Sequence record: NZ_CP088995.1
Direction: 5' to 3' (one strand)
DNA from: a plasmid
Length of the DNA stretch: 64,000 bases
This document shows positions 11,185 to 23,710 of this stretch, piece by piece. Position 1 is the first letter of the stretch. Each line of letters starts with the position of its first letter. Below the pieces are notes generated by a model. It did no database searches. It was not told where the DNA came from and saw only the letters and a program-made list of their open reading frames with translations. The translations under genes and the position numbers were made by a program.

Positions 11185-11340
11185 GATGTCTCCTTGGTTG
11201 AAGGCGGCTTAAGTGCACTTTCTGTTCCGTTGTGCCTCAAAGCCCATTTCTGTCAGGCTGAAATCTATAACCTTCGCGGGCATGTGTCAAAAAATGGGAA
11301 AGCAGACTCTATTCTGACGAAGCGGCGCGGCCCTGCCTGA
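11185..11340 (-). promoter_or_regulatory. res (resolution) site and tnpR promoter region, approximate
   Basis: position immediately upstream of tnpR as in Tn3-family elements; not delimited base-by-base. Confidence 0.4.
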
Positions 11341-11535
11341 CATCAAGTTAGGGTATAGCCTAGATTGACATGCGCGATGCAACCCTTAACTTGCTTGCAC
11401 CTATCGTTTCCATGCTAGCTTTATCGTAACGCTAAGGAAGCTCTGAAAAAGCCCATGTTTCGCGAAATCACCGCTCTGTAACCCGCATGGTTGCTGGGAT
11501 GCATTTCTCGAGCGGGGGCTTTTTCAGACCTTCCT

Positions 11536-11573
11536 TAGCTTAGCGTACGATTTTTTCCGAATTCTGCGGTTCC
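11536..11573 (-). repeat. 38-bp terminal inverted repeat (res-proximal) of the Tn1721-family element
   Basis: CTTAGCGTACGATTTTTTCCGAATTCTGCGGTTCCCC is the reverse complement of the 7622 IR with 2 mismatches. Confidence 0.85.
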
Positions 11574-11593
11574 CCCTGGAAGACCTACGCAAG

Positions 11594-12193
11594 TTGGGCC
11601 AGCTCAGAGGTGGAATCAACGAAGGCGAGCGAATGAGGCATCTTTTCTGGCGTCTTAACTTTCTCCTTCTCTCCGGGGCAACAAACAGCGCCCAGATGTA
11701 CCATGAGGCCGCCGCTCTTTCCTCCGAGCTGGATACTCGTTGGTCTTACCGCTCCAAAGAGCTTATGACGCTCTACAGCAAGGCGAAATCCTATGAGGCT
11801 GGGGAACGTGTCGAGTTCGGCGGAAAGTCGTTTGCACCGCTATACACGCCCAAAAACGACACGCTGATCAACCTATTCCAGATCTCACAGCAAGAACAAG
11901 AGCAACTGAAGACGATTATCAGCACTGACGAGGCTCAGAAGCGCCGCAGAGAGCGCGATAGACTGCGTGATGAAGAACGTCGCCGCGCCGCTGGCCAGCT
12001 TGAGCGTGAAGCCTATGAAGCCAACTCATTGAGCAGGCAAAAGCCCTGGGAAGCTATGGGCATGAGCCGGGCTAAATGGTATCGCCTGGGCAAGCCTTCA
12101 CCTCAACAAAACAGTGAGACAAGTCCCTCCCCTATTACTAATGGCGAAGCCTCAGCGGTTGCCCTTCAGGCGGCCAGGTGTAAAGCCGTTTAG
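11594..12193 (+). pseudogene. repB: Truncated replication-protein gene (repB remnant of the blaKPC core platform) abutting the Tn1721-family IR
   Basis: ORF begins 21 bp after the IR terminus; C-terminal region with KPWEAMGMSRAKWYRLGKP motif; position matches the known klcA-repB end of KPC platforms. Confidence 0.45.
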
Positions 12194-12330
12194 ATGGCTA
12201 TTTCAAAGTGAGTGAGATTTCGTAACGGATGGCAGCCCTAGAGGCTGCTTTCTTTTGAGGGGTTAGCAGGCGTATAGCCATGCTGGATCTCAGTCTATCA
12301 CTACCTGCTTAATATTCCACCTTTAGATCC

Positions 12331-12545
12331 GGCAGCAGTTCGACCAGGTGGCCAACTTACCAGGCACCGGCAGCAGCTCGACCGGGTGGCCAAGTTCAGA
12401 TCTGGACGCCAGAAGGAAATCAACCAGGTGGCCAACTTACCAGGCACCGGCAGCAGCTCGACCAGGTGGCCAAGTTCAGATCTGGACGCCAGAAGGAAAT
12501 CAACCAGGTGGCCAACTCACCAGGCATCGGCAGCAGCTCGACCAG
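12331..12545 (+). repeat. Iteron-like direct repeats: about 73-bp unit x 2.5, containing a 25-bp core GGCAGCAGCTCGACCAGGTGGCCAA four times
   Basis: seen directly in the sequence; periodic copies at 12331, 12369, 12441, 12513. Confidence 0.8.
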
Positions 12546-12639
12546 GTGGCCCATTTCGTACGTACGAAATCAGGCGACGCTATGCGAAATCTTGGCGGCA
12601 ATCCCCCGCGACTACGTGATTTTTTTAACGTAGAGCGCG

Positions 12640-12726
12640 CTTTTTCTTGCCATAGTAGGCCATTTTGGCCTATAATCTTAATTAAGAAGACCGGGCACCC
12701 GCCACGGTCAATACCGGAGAACTCCG
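12640..12726 (+). promoter_or_regulatory. Promoter with overlapping 17-bp perfect palindrome TAGGCCATTTTGGCCTA (12656-12672, KorC-operator-like) followed by TATAAT and a 47-bp leader shared with the klcA promoter
   Basis: palindrome and TATAAT seen in sequence; leader GACCGGGCACCCGCCACGGTCAATACCGGAGAACTCCGATGAT repeated at 13073-13119. Confidence 0.6.
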
Positions 12727-13005
12727 ATGATCCACACAGCTAACCGCACCTTTCACCAACTCTATCGAGAATGGATACGCGAACGCCGCGAGCATATGCA
12801 CAACGTTTTGACCTGGGAGCGTGATCGTTACGGTGCTCGCCTCGTCGGTCTGTTTTATCGTTACTGCAAGGTGGCCAACCCCTTTCCCCGTTGCACTCTG
12901 AATACTCGGATCAACTACCGCGCCCATGCGGTGAATCTGCCAGATTGGCCAGCCCGCAGCCTGGAGCTGAATAAAATGTGGCTCAGTTGGAGAGAAAAAA
13001 AGTAG
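12727..13005 (+). CDS. Hypothetical protein (92 aa) in the kilC-like region upstream of klcA
   Basis: ORF with its own copy of the operator-promoter-leader module; no recognisable domain. Confidence 0.5.
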   Translation: MIHTANRTFHQLYREWIRERREHMHNVLTWERDRYGARLVGLFYRYCKVANPFPRCTLNTRINYRAHAVNLPDWPARSLELNKMWLSWREKK

Positions 13006-13115
13006 GCCGATTTGGCCTATTTTTTATTGTACCCGCTTGACACAATAGGCCAAAATGGCCTATTATATATCTCAGAAGGCCGGGCACCCGCCACGGTCAA
13101 TACCGGAGAACTCCG
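13000..13115 (+). promoter_or_regulatory. klcA promoter region with two KorC-operator-like palindromes, TAGGCCGATTTGGCCTA (13003-13019) and TAGGCCAAAATGGCCTA (13046-13062), a TTGACA at 13035 and the duplicated leader
   Basis: seen directly in the sequence. Confidence 0.6.
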
Positions 13116-13541
13116 ATGATGCAAACAGAACTTAATCCCCTGATCTGCTCCCTGGTCGCCACCCCTCGCCGTATGGCTGCAATGCCCCGCTATGTAGGCC
13201 GTTTCTATGTGGTTTTCGAGTCGATGCTTTACCAGCAAATGAAAGGGCTCTGCCGCGAGTATCGCGGGGCTTATTGGCTTATGTGGGAGCTGTCGAACGG
13301 CGGCTTTTATATGGCTCCTGGGCGTCGTGATGAAATGCTGAACATCGAGGCCATGAACTACTTTAGTGGCCAAATGAGCGCCGATGCTGCCGGGATTACC
13401 GCTTGCCTCTACCTCTATAGCCATCTGTCATTTCACACAGAAGGCGCTGACCAGGAGCGGTTTTCAAGGCTGTATCACAGCTTGCGGGATTGGGCTTGTG
13501 AGCATGACGAAAAAGAGGCCATCTTGGCCGCAATAGACTAG
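13116..13541 (+). CDS. klcA: Antirestriction protein KlcA (ArdB family), 141 aa
   Basis: translation MMQTELNPLICSLVATPRRMAAMPRYVGRFYVVFE...SNGGFYMAP...SADAAGITACLY matches IncP KlcA/ArdB family; hairpin terminator at 13549-13576. Confidence 0.75.
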   Translation: MMQTELNPLICSLVATPRRMAAMPRYVGRFYVVFESMLYQQMKGLCREYRGAYWLMWELSNGGFYMAPGRRDEMLNIEAMNYFSGQMSADAAGITACLYLYSHLSFHTEGADQERFSRLYHSLRDWACEHDEKEAILAAID

Positions 13542-13668
13542 CAACAGAAAGCCCCGGTGATGGCCGGGGCTCTTAAAGGAGGTGCATAGGTAGAAAAAGA
13601 AATGGTGCCCCTGGTATGGCTGCAACCAATCACAGGGGCTTTCACCGGTCAATTTGAGGATAAACGCG

Positions 13669-13824
13669 ATGAATACGGATATTGTATCACTTGCAAAACA
13701 CATTGGCGACGCTCTGACGGCCCGCCGCCCCGTTCATATGCCGCGCATGAAGATGCGGGAGCTTGGCTTGCTCTTGATTGAACTGAAGGCGTATCGGGAG
13801 GCCGCCGCGACCGTTACCCATTGA
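13669..13824 (+). CDS. Possible small ORF (51 aa, MNTDIVSLAKHIGDALTARRPVHMPRMKMRELGLLLIELKAYREAAATVTH) between klcA and korC
   Basis: ATG at 13669 with upstream GAGGA; below the 60-aa cut-off of the ORF track; followed by a hairpin at 13828-13856. Confidence 0.3.
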   Translation: MNTDIVSLAKHIGDALTARRPVHMPRMKMRELGLLLIELKAYREAAATVTH

Positions 13825-13854
13825 TAAAAAAGCCCCGGCATTGACCGGGGCTAT

Positions 13855-14166
13855 TTGAGGATTTATCGCATGATTAGACCTGAAACGCTTAGGCCGTTCG
13901 CTGAAGATTGGCAGGCTCCAACCGCCGATGAAATCAAAGAGGTGTTGGAGCTGATTAGGCAACGAAAAGGGCTTAGTAAGCCTCTCAGTGGCGTTGATGT
14001 CGCTGATCTCGTTGGTTTGCCTGGTGAGAGAGGCAGCGGAAAGGGAACCCGAACCTTCAGGCGTTGGGTGAGCAAAACCAACCCTAGCCCTATTGCTTAT
14101 GGTGCCTGGTCTATCTTGGCCCACCTGGCAGGTTTCGGGGCTATATGGGACGCTGACCGGGATTGA
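13855..14166 (+). CDS. korC: Small HTH (XRE-like) transcriptional repressor, KorC-like
   Basis: about 100-aa ORF with an HTH segment (RKGLSKPLSGVDVADLVGL); located after klcA as in the kilC/korC arrangement; matching 17-bp palindromic operators lie upstream of klcA. Confidence 0.5.
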   Translation: MRIYRMIRPETLRPFAEDWQAPTADEIKEVLELIRQRKGLSKPLSGVDVADLVGLPGERGSGKGTRTFRRWVSKTNPSPIAYGAWSILAHLAGFGAIWDADRD

Positions 14167-14170
14167 AACC

Positions 14171-15151
14171 ATGACCGAACATAAGGCCGAACGTGCTCCC
14201 TGGGGAGACTTCCCGGCAGTAGTGAGGAACGGCGATCTAAAGGATCTCTCTAAAGAACCTGAATACGAAGCCGCCAAACATGGCGACCACAAGGCGATGA
14301 GCTATAAGCGCATGAAGCCGGCCGAGGACGAATTGCATTGCGAGATCAAGGCGCTGCTTGATCGCGCCAAGGCTACCGACGACCAGGAGCGTAACGAGCC
14401 GGAGCTGGACATTCCTGCCGAGATTTCTCGCCGCGAGAAGCGCCTGGAGGCGATCCAGGCGGCAAAGGCGCGCCTGGAAGCGCGCCAGCGTGAAGCGGAC
14501 CAGGCCCGGGGGCGCAGCGAAGACGATGGCCGCCGGCCTCGCCATCCGGATGGCTCGGACAAGGGCGGTGGCTCGTACAAACGCGAGTTTGGTGTGCCGG
14601 ATGACCGTGATCAGGAAAGCTTCACCGATCCGGACAGCCGGATCATGAAACACGCCGGTGGTGGCTCCGAGCAGAGCTACAACGGGTACACAGCGGTCGA
14701 TGCCGAGCACCAGATCATCGTGGCGGCGGAGTTGACCAACTGCGCCGCGGACAGTCAGGCGCTGCTGGGCATGCTGGCAGCAGTTCAGGCCAACACCGGA
14801 GAAATGCCGGCCCAGACGCTGGCGGATGCGGGATTCCGTAGTGAGGCTGTTCTGGCAAAGGTCGCCGATCACCACGGCGATGTCATCGTTGCCCTCGGCC
14901 GCGAGGGACGTGAAGATGCCAAGGTCAATGCCAAGACCCATCCGCATACGGCGGCGATTGCGGCGAAATTGAAAACGGAGCAAGGCGATGCAGCTTACCG
15001 CCGGCGCAAGTCGATCGTGGAGGCTCCGAATGGTTGGATCAAGGCGGTGATGGGATTGCGTCAGTTCAGCATGAGGGGCCTGGACAAGGTGCAAGCCGAG
15101 TGGAAGCTCGTCTGCATGGCGCTAAATCTGAGGCGAATGGCGTATCTGTGA
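14171..15151 (+). pseudogene. C-terminal part of an IS1182-family DDE transposase (ISKpn6 remnant) convergent with blaKPC
   Basis: ORF 14093..15151 has the IS1182-family DDE region (...GYTAVDAEHQIIVAAELT...) but lacks the N-terminal HTH domain; it starts 5 bp after korC. Confidence 0.6.
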
Positions 15152-15400
15152 GGGCGAAGGTTAAATGGGGCGGCTCAAATGCACCCCAGTCGTCATAACA
15201 CGCCGCGCGCCGCAAGATTGGTATCCTTGGCGCCGACGCCTTGCCAATTGCAGAGAGCGCCGCCGCCATCGTCAGTGCTCTACAGAAAACCGGTCACACG
15301 GCTCTGCCGCGCAGACTCCTAGCCTAAATGTGACAGTGGTTGGTAATCCATGCCGCCCGCAAGGGCGGCGGTGGTGGGCCAATAGATGATTTTCAGAGCC

Positions 15401-16282
15401 TTACTGCCCGTTGACGCCCAATCCCTCGAGCGCGAGTCTAGCCGCAGCGGCGATGACGGCCTCGCTGTGCTTGTCATCCTTGTTAGGCGCCCGGGTGTAG
15501 ACGGCCAACACAATAGGTGCGCGCCCAGTGGGCCAGACGACGGCATAGTCATTTGCCGTGCCATACACTCCGCAGGTTCCGGTTTTGTCTCCGACTGCCC
15601 AGTCTGCCGGCACCGCCGCGCGGATGCGGTGGTTGCCGGTCGTGTTTCCCTTTAGCCAATCAACAAACTGCTGCCGCTGCGGCGCAGCCAGTGCAGAGCC
15701 CAGTGTCAGTTTTTGTAAGCTTTCCGTCACGGCGCGCGGCGATGAGGTATCGCGCGCATCGCCTGGGATGGCGGAGTTCAGCTCCAGCTCCCAGCGGTCC
15801 AGACGGAACGTGGTATCGCCGATAGAGCGCATGAAGGCCGTCAGCCCGGCCGGGCCGCCCAACTCCTTCAGCAACAAATTGGCGGCGGCGTTATCACTGT
15901 ATTGCACGGCGGCCGCGGACAGCTCCGCCACCGTCATGCCTGTTGTCAGATATTTTTCCGAGATGGGTGACCACGGAACCAGCGCATTTTTGCCGTAACG
16001 GATGGGTGTGTCCAGCAAGCCGGCCTGCTGCTGGCTGCGAGCCAGCACAGCGGCAGCAAGAAAGCCCTTGAATGAGCTGCACAGTGGGAAGCGCTCCTCA
16101 GCGCGGTAACTTACAGTTGCGCCTGAGCCGGTATCCATCGCGTACACACCGATGGAGCCGCCAAAGTCCTGTTCGAGTTTAGCGAATGGTTCCGCGACGA
16201 GGTTGGTCAGCGCGGTGGCAGAAAAGCCAGCCAGCGGCCATGAGAGACAAGACAGCAGAACTAGACGGCGATACAGTGACAT
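15401..16282 (-). CDS. blaKPC-2: KPC-2 class A carbapenemase (293 aa)
   Basis: translation [50 protein letters not shown]... identical in all recognisable regions to KPC; H272 (KDDKHSEAV) indicates KPC-2 not KPC-3; omega-loop [16 protein letters not shown] intact. Confidence 0.93.
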
Positions 16283-16357
16283 CAACGATATTCCTTGTTT
16301 GAAGGTGGAGCTAGGTGTAGCGGCCGGATGTAATCAGGCCGCTACAGCTGGGATTAG

Positions 16358-16562
16358 GGGTCTGACGCTCAGTGGAACGAAAACTCACGTTAAGAAGTCA
16401 TTTTTCAATATTATTGAAGCATTTATCAGGGTTATTGTCTCATGAGCGGATACATATTTGAATGTATTTAGAAAAATAAACAAATAGGGGTTCCGCGCAC
16501 ATTTCCCCGAAAAGTGCCACCTGACGTCTAAGAAACCATTATTATCATGACATTAACCTATA
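16358..16562 (-). other. blaTEM remnants: Tn3 sequence 3' of blaTEM joined directly to the blaTEM promoter/RBS region (coding sequence deleted); interrupted by ISKpn27 and continuing at 17643-17660
   Basis: GGGTCTGACGCTCAGTGGAACGAAAACTCACGTTAAG then TTTTTCAATATTATTGAAGCATTTATCAGGGTTATTGTCTCATGAGCGGATACATATTTGAATGTATTTAG..., both well-known Tn3/pBR322 bla flanks. Confidence 0.85.
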
Positions 16563-17538
16563 TGTCAAGACCCGGCTGGTTATACACGCGTTTCCTGAAC
16601 AATTCAGGGCGTTTTTCATGCCATTCCTTGAGCGCCTGAACGGGTGTTTTGTGTTGGAGCGCGCGTTGCGGAATGCTGTGGTTGTAGATCTTGACGTAAT
16701 TGCGCAGCGTCGATTCCAGTTCGGCAGCTGAACCAAAACGGGTCTGGTTGACGATGTCGCTGATACGACCGTTGAAGCGCTCCACCATGCCGTTGGTCTG
16801 CGGATGACGAGGCGGGATGAGCCGGTGCTCGATGCCGAGCTGCTTGCACAGGCGGTCGAACACGTGTGTGCCGCTGGGTTCCTTCTTCTTGCCGCCAGCC
16901 GTGAAGCGGTCGGTGAACTGGCTGCCGTTGTCGGTCAGAAGCTTGACGATCTTGACGGGACAGGCTTGCTGGACTTTGTTGAGGAAGTCGCCACTGCTGC
17001 CATCGGTCTGGTCGGCATAGAGCTCGATGAAGACCCAGCGCGTAGCACGGTCGATGGCAACGAAGAGATAGCGCCTTGCCGTCTCGTCGGGCATCTGCGG
17101 CAGGTACTTGATGTCGATGTGCACAAAGCCCGGCTCGTAGTCCTTGAAGGTCTTTTTCGTGGCGGGCGCAGTGCCTTCCTGCTCGACCAGGTTACGTAGA
17201 TCCGAGACACCGTGGCGGCGCAGGCAACGTCCCAGGCCGGCACGCGAGACGGCTGGATTGATGAACTCGCGCGTGACCGCCAGCAGGTCGTCCGTGGGCA
17301 GCAGCAACGTCTTGCGCAGCTCCACCACGATGAGCTCCTGCTCGGGCGTGAGCGTCGTGTACATCTTGTTCGGCGCATGCGACTTGTCTTCAGGAGACTC
17401 GCGGTTTTGCCACTTTCGGATGGTTTGGCGGGTGACGTTGTACATCCTGGCCAGTTCGGCCTGCGGGAGCGTCGAGTTCCTGATTTCCTCACGGATCAGG
17501 TGGGTAGTACGGGCTTGGCTGTGCAGTGCCTGGGTCAT
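16558..17538 (-). CDS. tnpA: IS481-family DDE transposase (326 aa)
   Basis: HTH N-terminus and integrase-core region (...HIDIKYLPQMPDE...LTDNGSQF...); stop codon at the IS terminus. Confidence 0.85.
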   Translation of the reverse strand: MTQALHSQARTTHLIREEIRNSTLPQAELARMYNVTRQTIRKWQNRESPEDKSHAPNKMYTTLTPEQELIVVELRKTLLLPTDDLLAVTREFINPAVSRAGLGRCLRRHGVSDLRNLVEQEGTAPATKKTFKDYEPGFVHIDIKYLPQMPDETARRYLFVAIDRATRWVFIELYADQTDGSSGDFLNKVQQACPVKIVKLLTDNGSQFTDRFTAGGKKKEPSGTHVFDRLCKQLGIEHRLIPPRHPQTNGMVERFNGRISDIVNQTRFGSAAELESTLRNYVKIYNHSIPQRALQHKTPVQALKEWHEKRPELFRKRVYNQPGLDI

Positions 17539-17642
17539 CGAGTTGCCAGTGAAGAGTCGGATTGGAACAGTGTACGCAAAACGTGTCTGGCCTTGAAGAG
17601 CGGCCAGCTACGCATGGGTACATGATCCCACGAGTCCAGACA
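16563..17642 (-). mobile_element. ISKpn27: IS481-family insertion sequence (ISKpn27/ISKpn8-like), 1080 bp, flanked by a 6-bp target duplication CCTATA
   Basis: ends TGTCAAGACCCGG.../...CCCACGAGTCCAGACA; CCTATA at 16557-16562 and 17643-17648; the host sequence is contiguous Tn3 DNA across the insertion. Confidence 0.85.
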
Positions 17643-17660
17643 CCTATAAAAATAGGCGTA

Positions 17661-18941
<1,281 letters not shown>

Positions 18942-20115
18942 CCAGGAACGAAGTAGCGCGTGTGACGACGGCCGGTACGCCGACACGCGCCACGGCCTCG
19001 GCCCAGCGCGCGGCCGGCGGTTGGAGCAGGCCGTTGTGCACCGAACCGTGGTAGGTGCCGACCGCCAATGTGAGCCAGCGCTCTAGCTCGCGCAGCGTCA
19101 GGGCGGCCTTGTTTTCGGAATCGTAGTCGCCGCGCTGGTCAGGGTTGGAGAAGGTCGTTCCCGGCAGTTCGTCGTGAATCATCTGCATCGCCGTGCCGAT
19201 GATCCGTTCCACGATGCCGCCATAGTGCGGCTGTCCCAGCGGGCGATAGTCCAGCCGGATGCCATGCTGCTCGCAACCCCGGCGCAGGGCCTCGCTCTTG
19301 AACTCGGCCGCGTTGTCTAGGTAGAGCAGCAAGGGCTTGCCGCTCATCTGCCAATCCATTTCCACGTTCAGTCCTTCCAGCCAAGGGCGCTTGTCGCAGG
19401 CGACATGCACGAGGCACAGGCCAACCGAAACGGCAGACGGCGCTTCCAGCGTGACGACCATGCCGAGCACGCAGCGGGTGAACACGTCGATGGCGAGGGT
19501 CAGGTACGGGCGGCCAATAGGTTGCCGGTCGCGGTCATCGACCACGATCAGGTCGATGACCGTATGGTCTATCTGCACCTGCTCCAGCGGCGCGGTCACG
19601 GCAGGAGGCTCGCCGCCCACACCTTGTAGGTCACGAGCGGCATCCTGGCCTTCCCGCCGGCGGATGACCTTGCGCGGGTCAAGGCTAGCGATCCGTAAGG
19701 CCACGGTATTGCGCGCCGGCACTCGCAGTTTTTGAGCCTTGCACACCTGAGTGACTTCGCGGTGAAAGGCCGCTAGGCTGCGCTTCTGCTTGGTCAGGAA
19801 CCGCTTTTGCAGTAGCTCGTGGATGACGCGCTCGACCGGTTCCGGCAAGCGCCCCTTACCTTTACCTCCACCGGACTGGCCGGGCACCAGATCCGTCACG
19901 AGGCCGCTGCCTTGCCGGGCACGCCGGATCAGAACGTATACCTGGCGCCGAGACAAGCCCAGCGCCTGAGCCGCCATATCGGCCGCTTCGTGCCCGACCG
20001 TCTCCGACTGCGCCAACGGACTGATGATCTCCGCACGACGGCGCGCACGCTCCCAAGCCTCATCAGGCAGAGTGGCCACGCCTTGTTCTGGAATCCGTGG
20101 GGTGTCCGTCGCCAT
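18942..20115 (-). pseudogene. tniA: tniA (Tn402/Tn5053-type transposase) of an In2-like tni module, 3' end removed by IS26
   Basis: ORF 18925..20151 (MATDTPRIPEQG...) has TniA/Mu-A-like DDE core and runs into IS26; IRt lies about 115 bp upstream. Confidence 0.75.
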
Positions 20116-20189
20116 GCTCACCTCGCTTTGGTGCACACGAGTATTGAGCATAGTCGAGATTGGTGCAGATCACTTCTGATATTGAACTG

Positions 20190-20897
20190 TCAGGAGCTGG
20201 CTGCACAACAGCCATTACGCCCAATCAACTGGTGCAGTCGTCTTCTGAAAATGACATCCATGCCCAGCCCGTGCGCGAGCTGGATCACCGCCCGCACGAT
20301 AGTTTGGTCACGGGCATCATCCGGGAGCCTGGCGACAAAGGATTGGTCGATTTTCAATGTGGTGATGGGGCAGCATTTCAGATGTTGCAGGCAGGAATAG
20401 CCGGTGCCGAAGTCGTCGGCGGCGAAGCGCACGCCGATGGCGCGCAAGGCGTCGAAACTGGCGAACAGGGCTGGATTGCCGAATGCGACCGATTCGGTCA
20501 GTTCGATCTCCAGAAGCTCGGCGGGCAGGGCCATATCGGCCAGCACCCGCTTTACCTCGTCGTCGAACGTTGGCCCAACCTGGCTGGCGGACACATTGAT
20601 GGCAAGACGGAACGGTTGCCATGCCGGTCCTTGCCACTTGTGCATCTGGCGACAGGCCTCGCCCAGCACCCACGCGCCTATTTCCGGCATCAGGCCGAAC
20701 GACTCGGCCAGCGGCAGGAACTGGCCGGGCGGCAACAGGCCAAGCCTCGGATGCCGCCAGCGCATCAACGCTTCCGCGCCAGCGATCCGGTGATCGCGCA
20801 GATCGACCAGCGGCTGGTAATGCAGGTCAAGCTGTCCGCGCGCCGCCGCCTGCGCCAACTCGGCCGCCGTCCATCCGGCGGGCTGCGAACTCGTCAT
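20190..20897 (-). CDS. urf2: EAL-domain protein Urf2 of Tn21, 3' end altered where the integron (IRt) is inserted
   Basis: [33 protein letters not shown]... EAL signature; start ATG overlaps merE stop (ATGA); reading frame runs across IRt. Confidence 0.7.
   Translation of the reverse strand: MTSSQPAGWTAAELAQAAARGQLDLHYQPLVDLRDHRIAGAEALMRWRHPRLGLLPPGQFLPLAESFGLMPEIGAWVLGEACRQMHKWQGPAWQPFRLAINVSASQVGPTFDDEVKRVLADMALPAELLEIELTESVAFGNPALFASFDALRAIGVRFAADDFGTGYSCLQHLKCCPITTLKIDQSFVARLPDDARDQTIVRAVIQLAHGLGMDVIFRRRLHQLIGRNGCCAASS
20233..20257 (-). repeat. 25-bp IRt of the class 1 integron/Tn402 tni module
   Basis: GTGCAGTCGTCTTCTGAAAATGACA is the reverse complement of TGTCATTTTCAGAAGACGACTGCAC. 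Confidence 0.8.
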
Positions 20898-21130
20898 GAT
20901 CCGCCCCGGAAGGCGCGCAGCAGCCGCGTTACGGCCAGAACGAACAAGCCGGTCAGCGCGAGCGCGGCAACACCCCAATGCTCGCCAAGGAAGGCACCGG
21001 CGGTCGTCCCGGCCAGCACGGCGGCGAGAATCGGCAGATGGCAGGGGCAGGTCAACACGGCCAGCGCACCCCACAGGTAGCCGGAAACGGGTTGGCGCGT
21101 CTCGGGCGGCAGTTTGTCAGGGGCGTTCAC
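20894..21130 (-). CDS. merE: MerE mercury transport protein (78 aa, GTG start)
   Basis: [41 protein letters not shown]... two TM helices with CPC motif. Confidence 0.8.
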   Translation of the reverse strand: MNAPDKLPPETRQPVSGYLWGALAVLTCPCHLPILAAVLAGTTAGAFLGEHWGVAALALTGLFVLAVTRLLRAFRGGS

Positions 21131-21492
21131 GGCAATGCCTCCTCGTGCGCCCGCTCGGCTGGCATGGAGGCCAGTTGCGCGTCCAGATGGGCCAACGCCG
21201 CGCGCCGCCGCTCGACCAACTGGCGCAGCACGGCAAGCTGCGCTGCGGCTTGTGCGCCGTCCGCTGCGTCGAGCGCACGGCACAGCCGCGCCAGGGCATC
21301 CAGGCCGATACCCGCCTCGAAGGCCGCGCGCACGAAGCACAGCCGTTGCAAGGCCGCATCGTCGAACACGCCGTAGCCGCCCGTGGTGCAGGCCACCGGC
21401 CGTAACAAGCCGCGCACCAGGTAGTCGCGCACGATATGTACGCTCACCCCAGCGTTATGGGCCAGTTGCGATACCGTGTAGGCGCTCATCGC
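21127..21492 (-). CDS. merD: MerD co-regulator (121 aa)
   Basis: [31 protein letters not shown] MerR-like HTH N-terminus. Confidence 0.85.
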   Translation of the reverse strand, partial: AMSAYTVSQLAHNAGVSVHIVRDYLVRGLLRPVACTTGGYGVFDDAALQRLCFVRAAFEAGIGLDALARLCRALDAADGAQAAAQLAVLRQLVERRRAALAHLDAQLASMPAERAHEEALP

Positions 21493-21506
21493 ACACCTCC
21501 TTGTCC

Positions 21507-23252
<1,746 letters not shown>

Positions 23253-23675
23253 TCACAAGCGCTTGGCGGGGAGTTCGCAGCCGTCCGGTCCGCAACGGCG
23301 ATGCGCCGGCGACACGAAGTCCCAGATCGACACCCCAATCATCAAGGCCAGGCCGACGTACATCAGGTTCGCCGTCCACCAGTTGCCGAGCAGCCAGACC
23401 GTGGCCGCAAACACGATGGCCGGGCCGATCATGCCGAGCAGACTGCGCAGCCATTGCCGATGACTGAACCAACCCAGCGCGTTCGCCAGGAAGGCCAGCG
23501 CGGCAAACAGCGGCAGCAGGCGGCTGATGAACAGTCCCTCGTACTGGCTCAAGAAGCCCAGCCCGATGGCCGCGCCGAAGCTGGCGAGGGCTGGAAAGCA
23601 GGCGGCGCAGCCCATCGCGGAAACGACGCTGCCGAGCGCGCCGGTTTTATCGGCAATGCGTGTCATCAGTCCCAT
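23253..23675 (-). CDS. merC: MerC inner-membrane mercury transporter (140 aa)
   Basis: MGLMTRIADKTGALGSVVSAMGCAACFPALASFG... matches Tn21 MerC. Confidence 0.85.
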   Translation of the reverse strand: MGLMTRIADKTGALGSVVSAMGCAACFPALASFGAAIGLGFLSQYEGLFISRLLPLFAALAFLANALGWFSHRQWLRSLLGMIGPAIVFAATVWLLGNWWTANLMYVGLALMIGVSIWDFVSPAHRRCGPDGCELPAKRL

Positions 23676-23710
23676 GAAGCGGCTCTCGCTGTTGTCGTTG
23701 GCTTGCTGGC

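Larger units (their letters stand above)
7622..11573 (-). mobile_element. Compact Tn3-family transposon of the Tn1721/Tn1722 lineage: IR - tnpA - tnpR - res - IR, about 3.95 kb, no mcp gene
   Basis: 38-bp IRs GGGGAGCCCGCAGAATTCGGAAAAAATCGTACGCTAAG at 7622-7659 and its near-identical inverted copy at 11536-11573; TnpA and TnpR translations match Tn1721. Confidence 0.8.

Noticed and set aside
12348-12743. ORFs 12348..12743 and 12386..12619 over the direct repeats
   Set aside because: They are read through a repeat unit, the proteins are low-complexity, and the region is better explained as iterons plus promoter.
14093-15151. Calling the 352-aa ORF an intact transposase
   Set aside because: It begins immediately after korC and lacks the N-terminal DNA-binding region expected for IS1182-family transposases, and no terminal IR is present on that side. 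It is treated as a 5'-truncated ISKpn6-type remnant.
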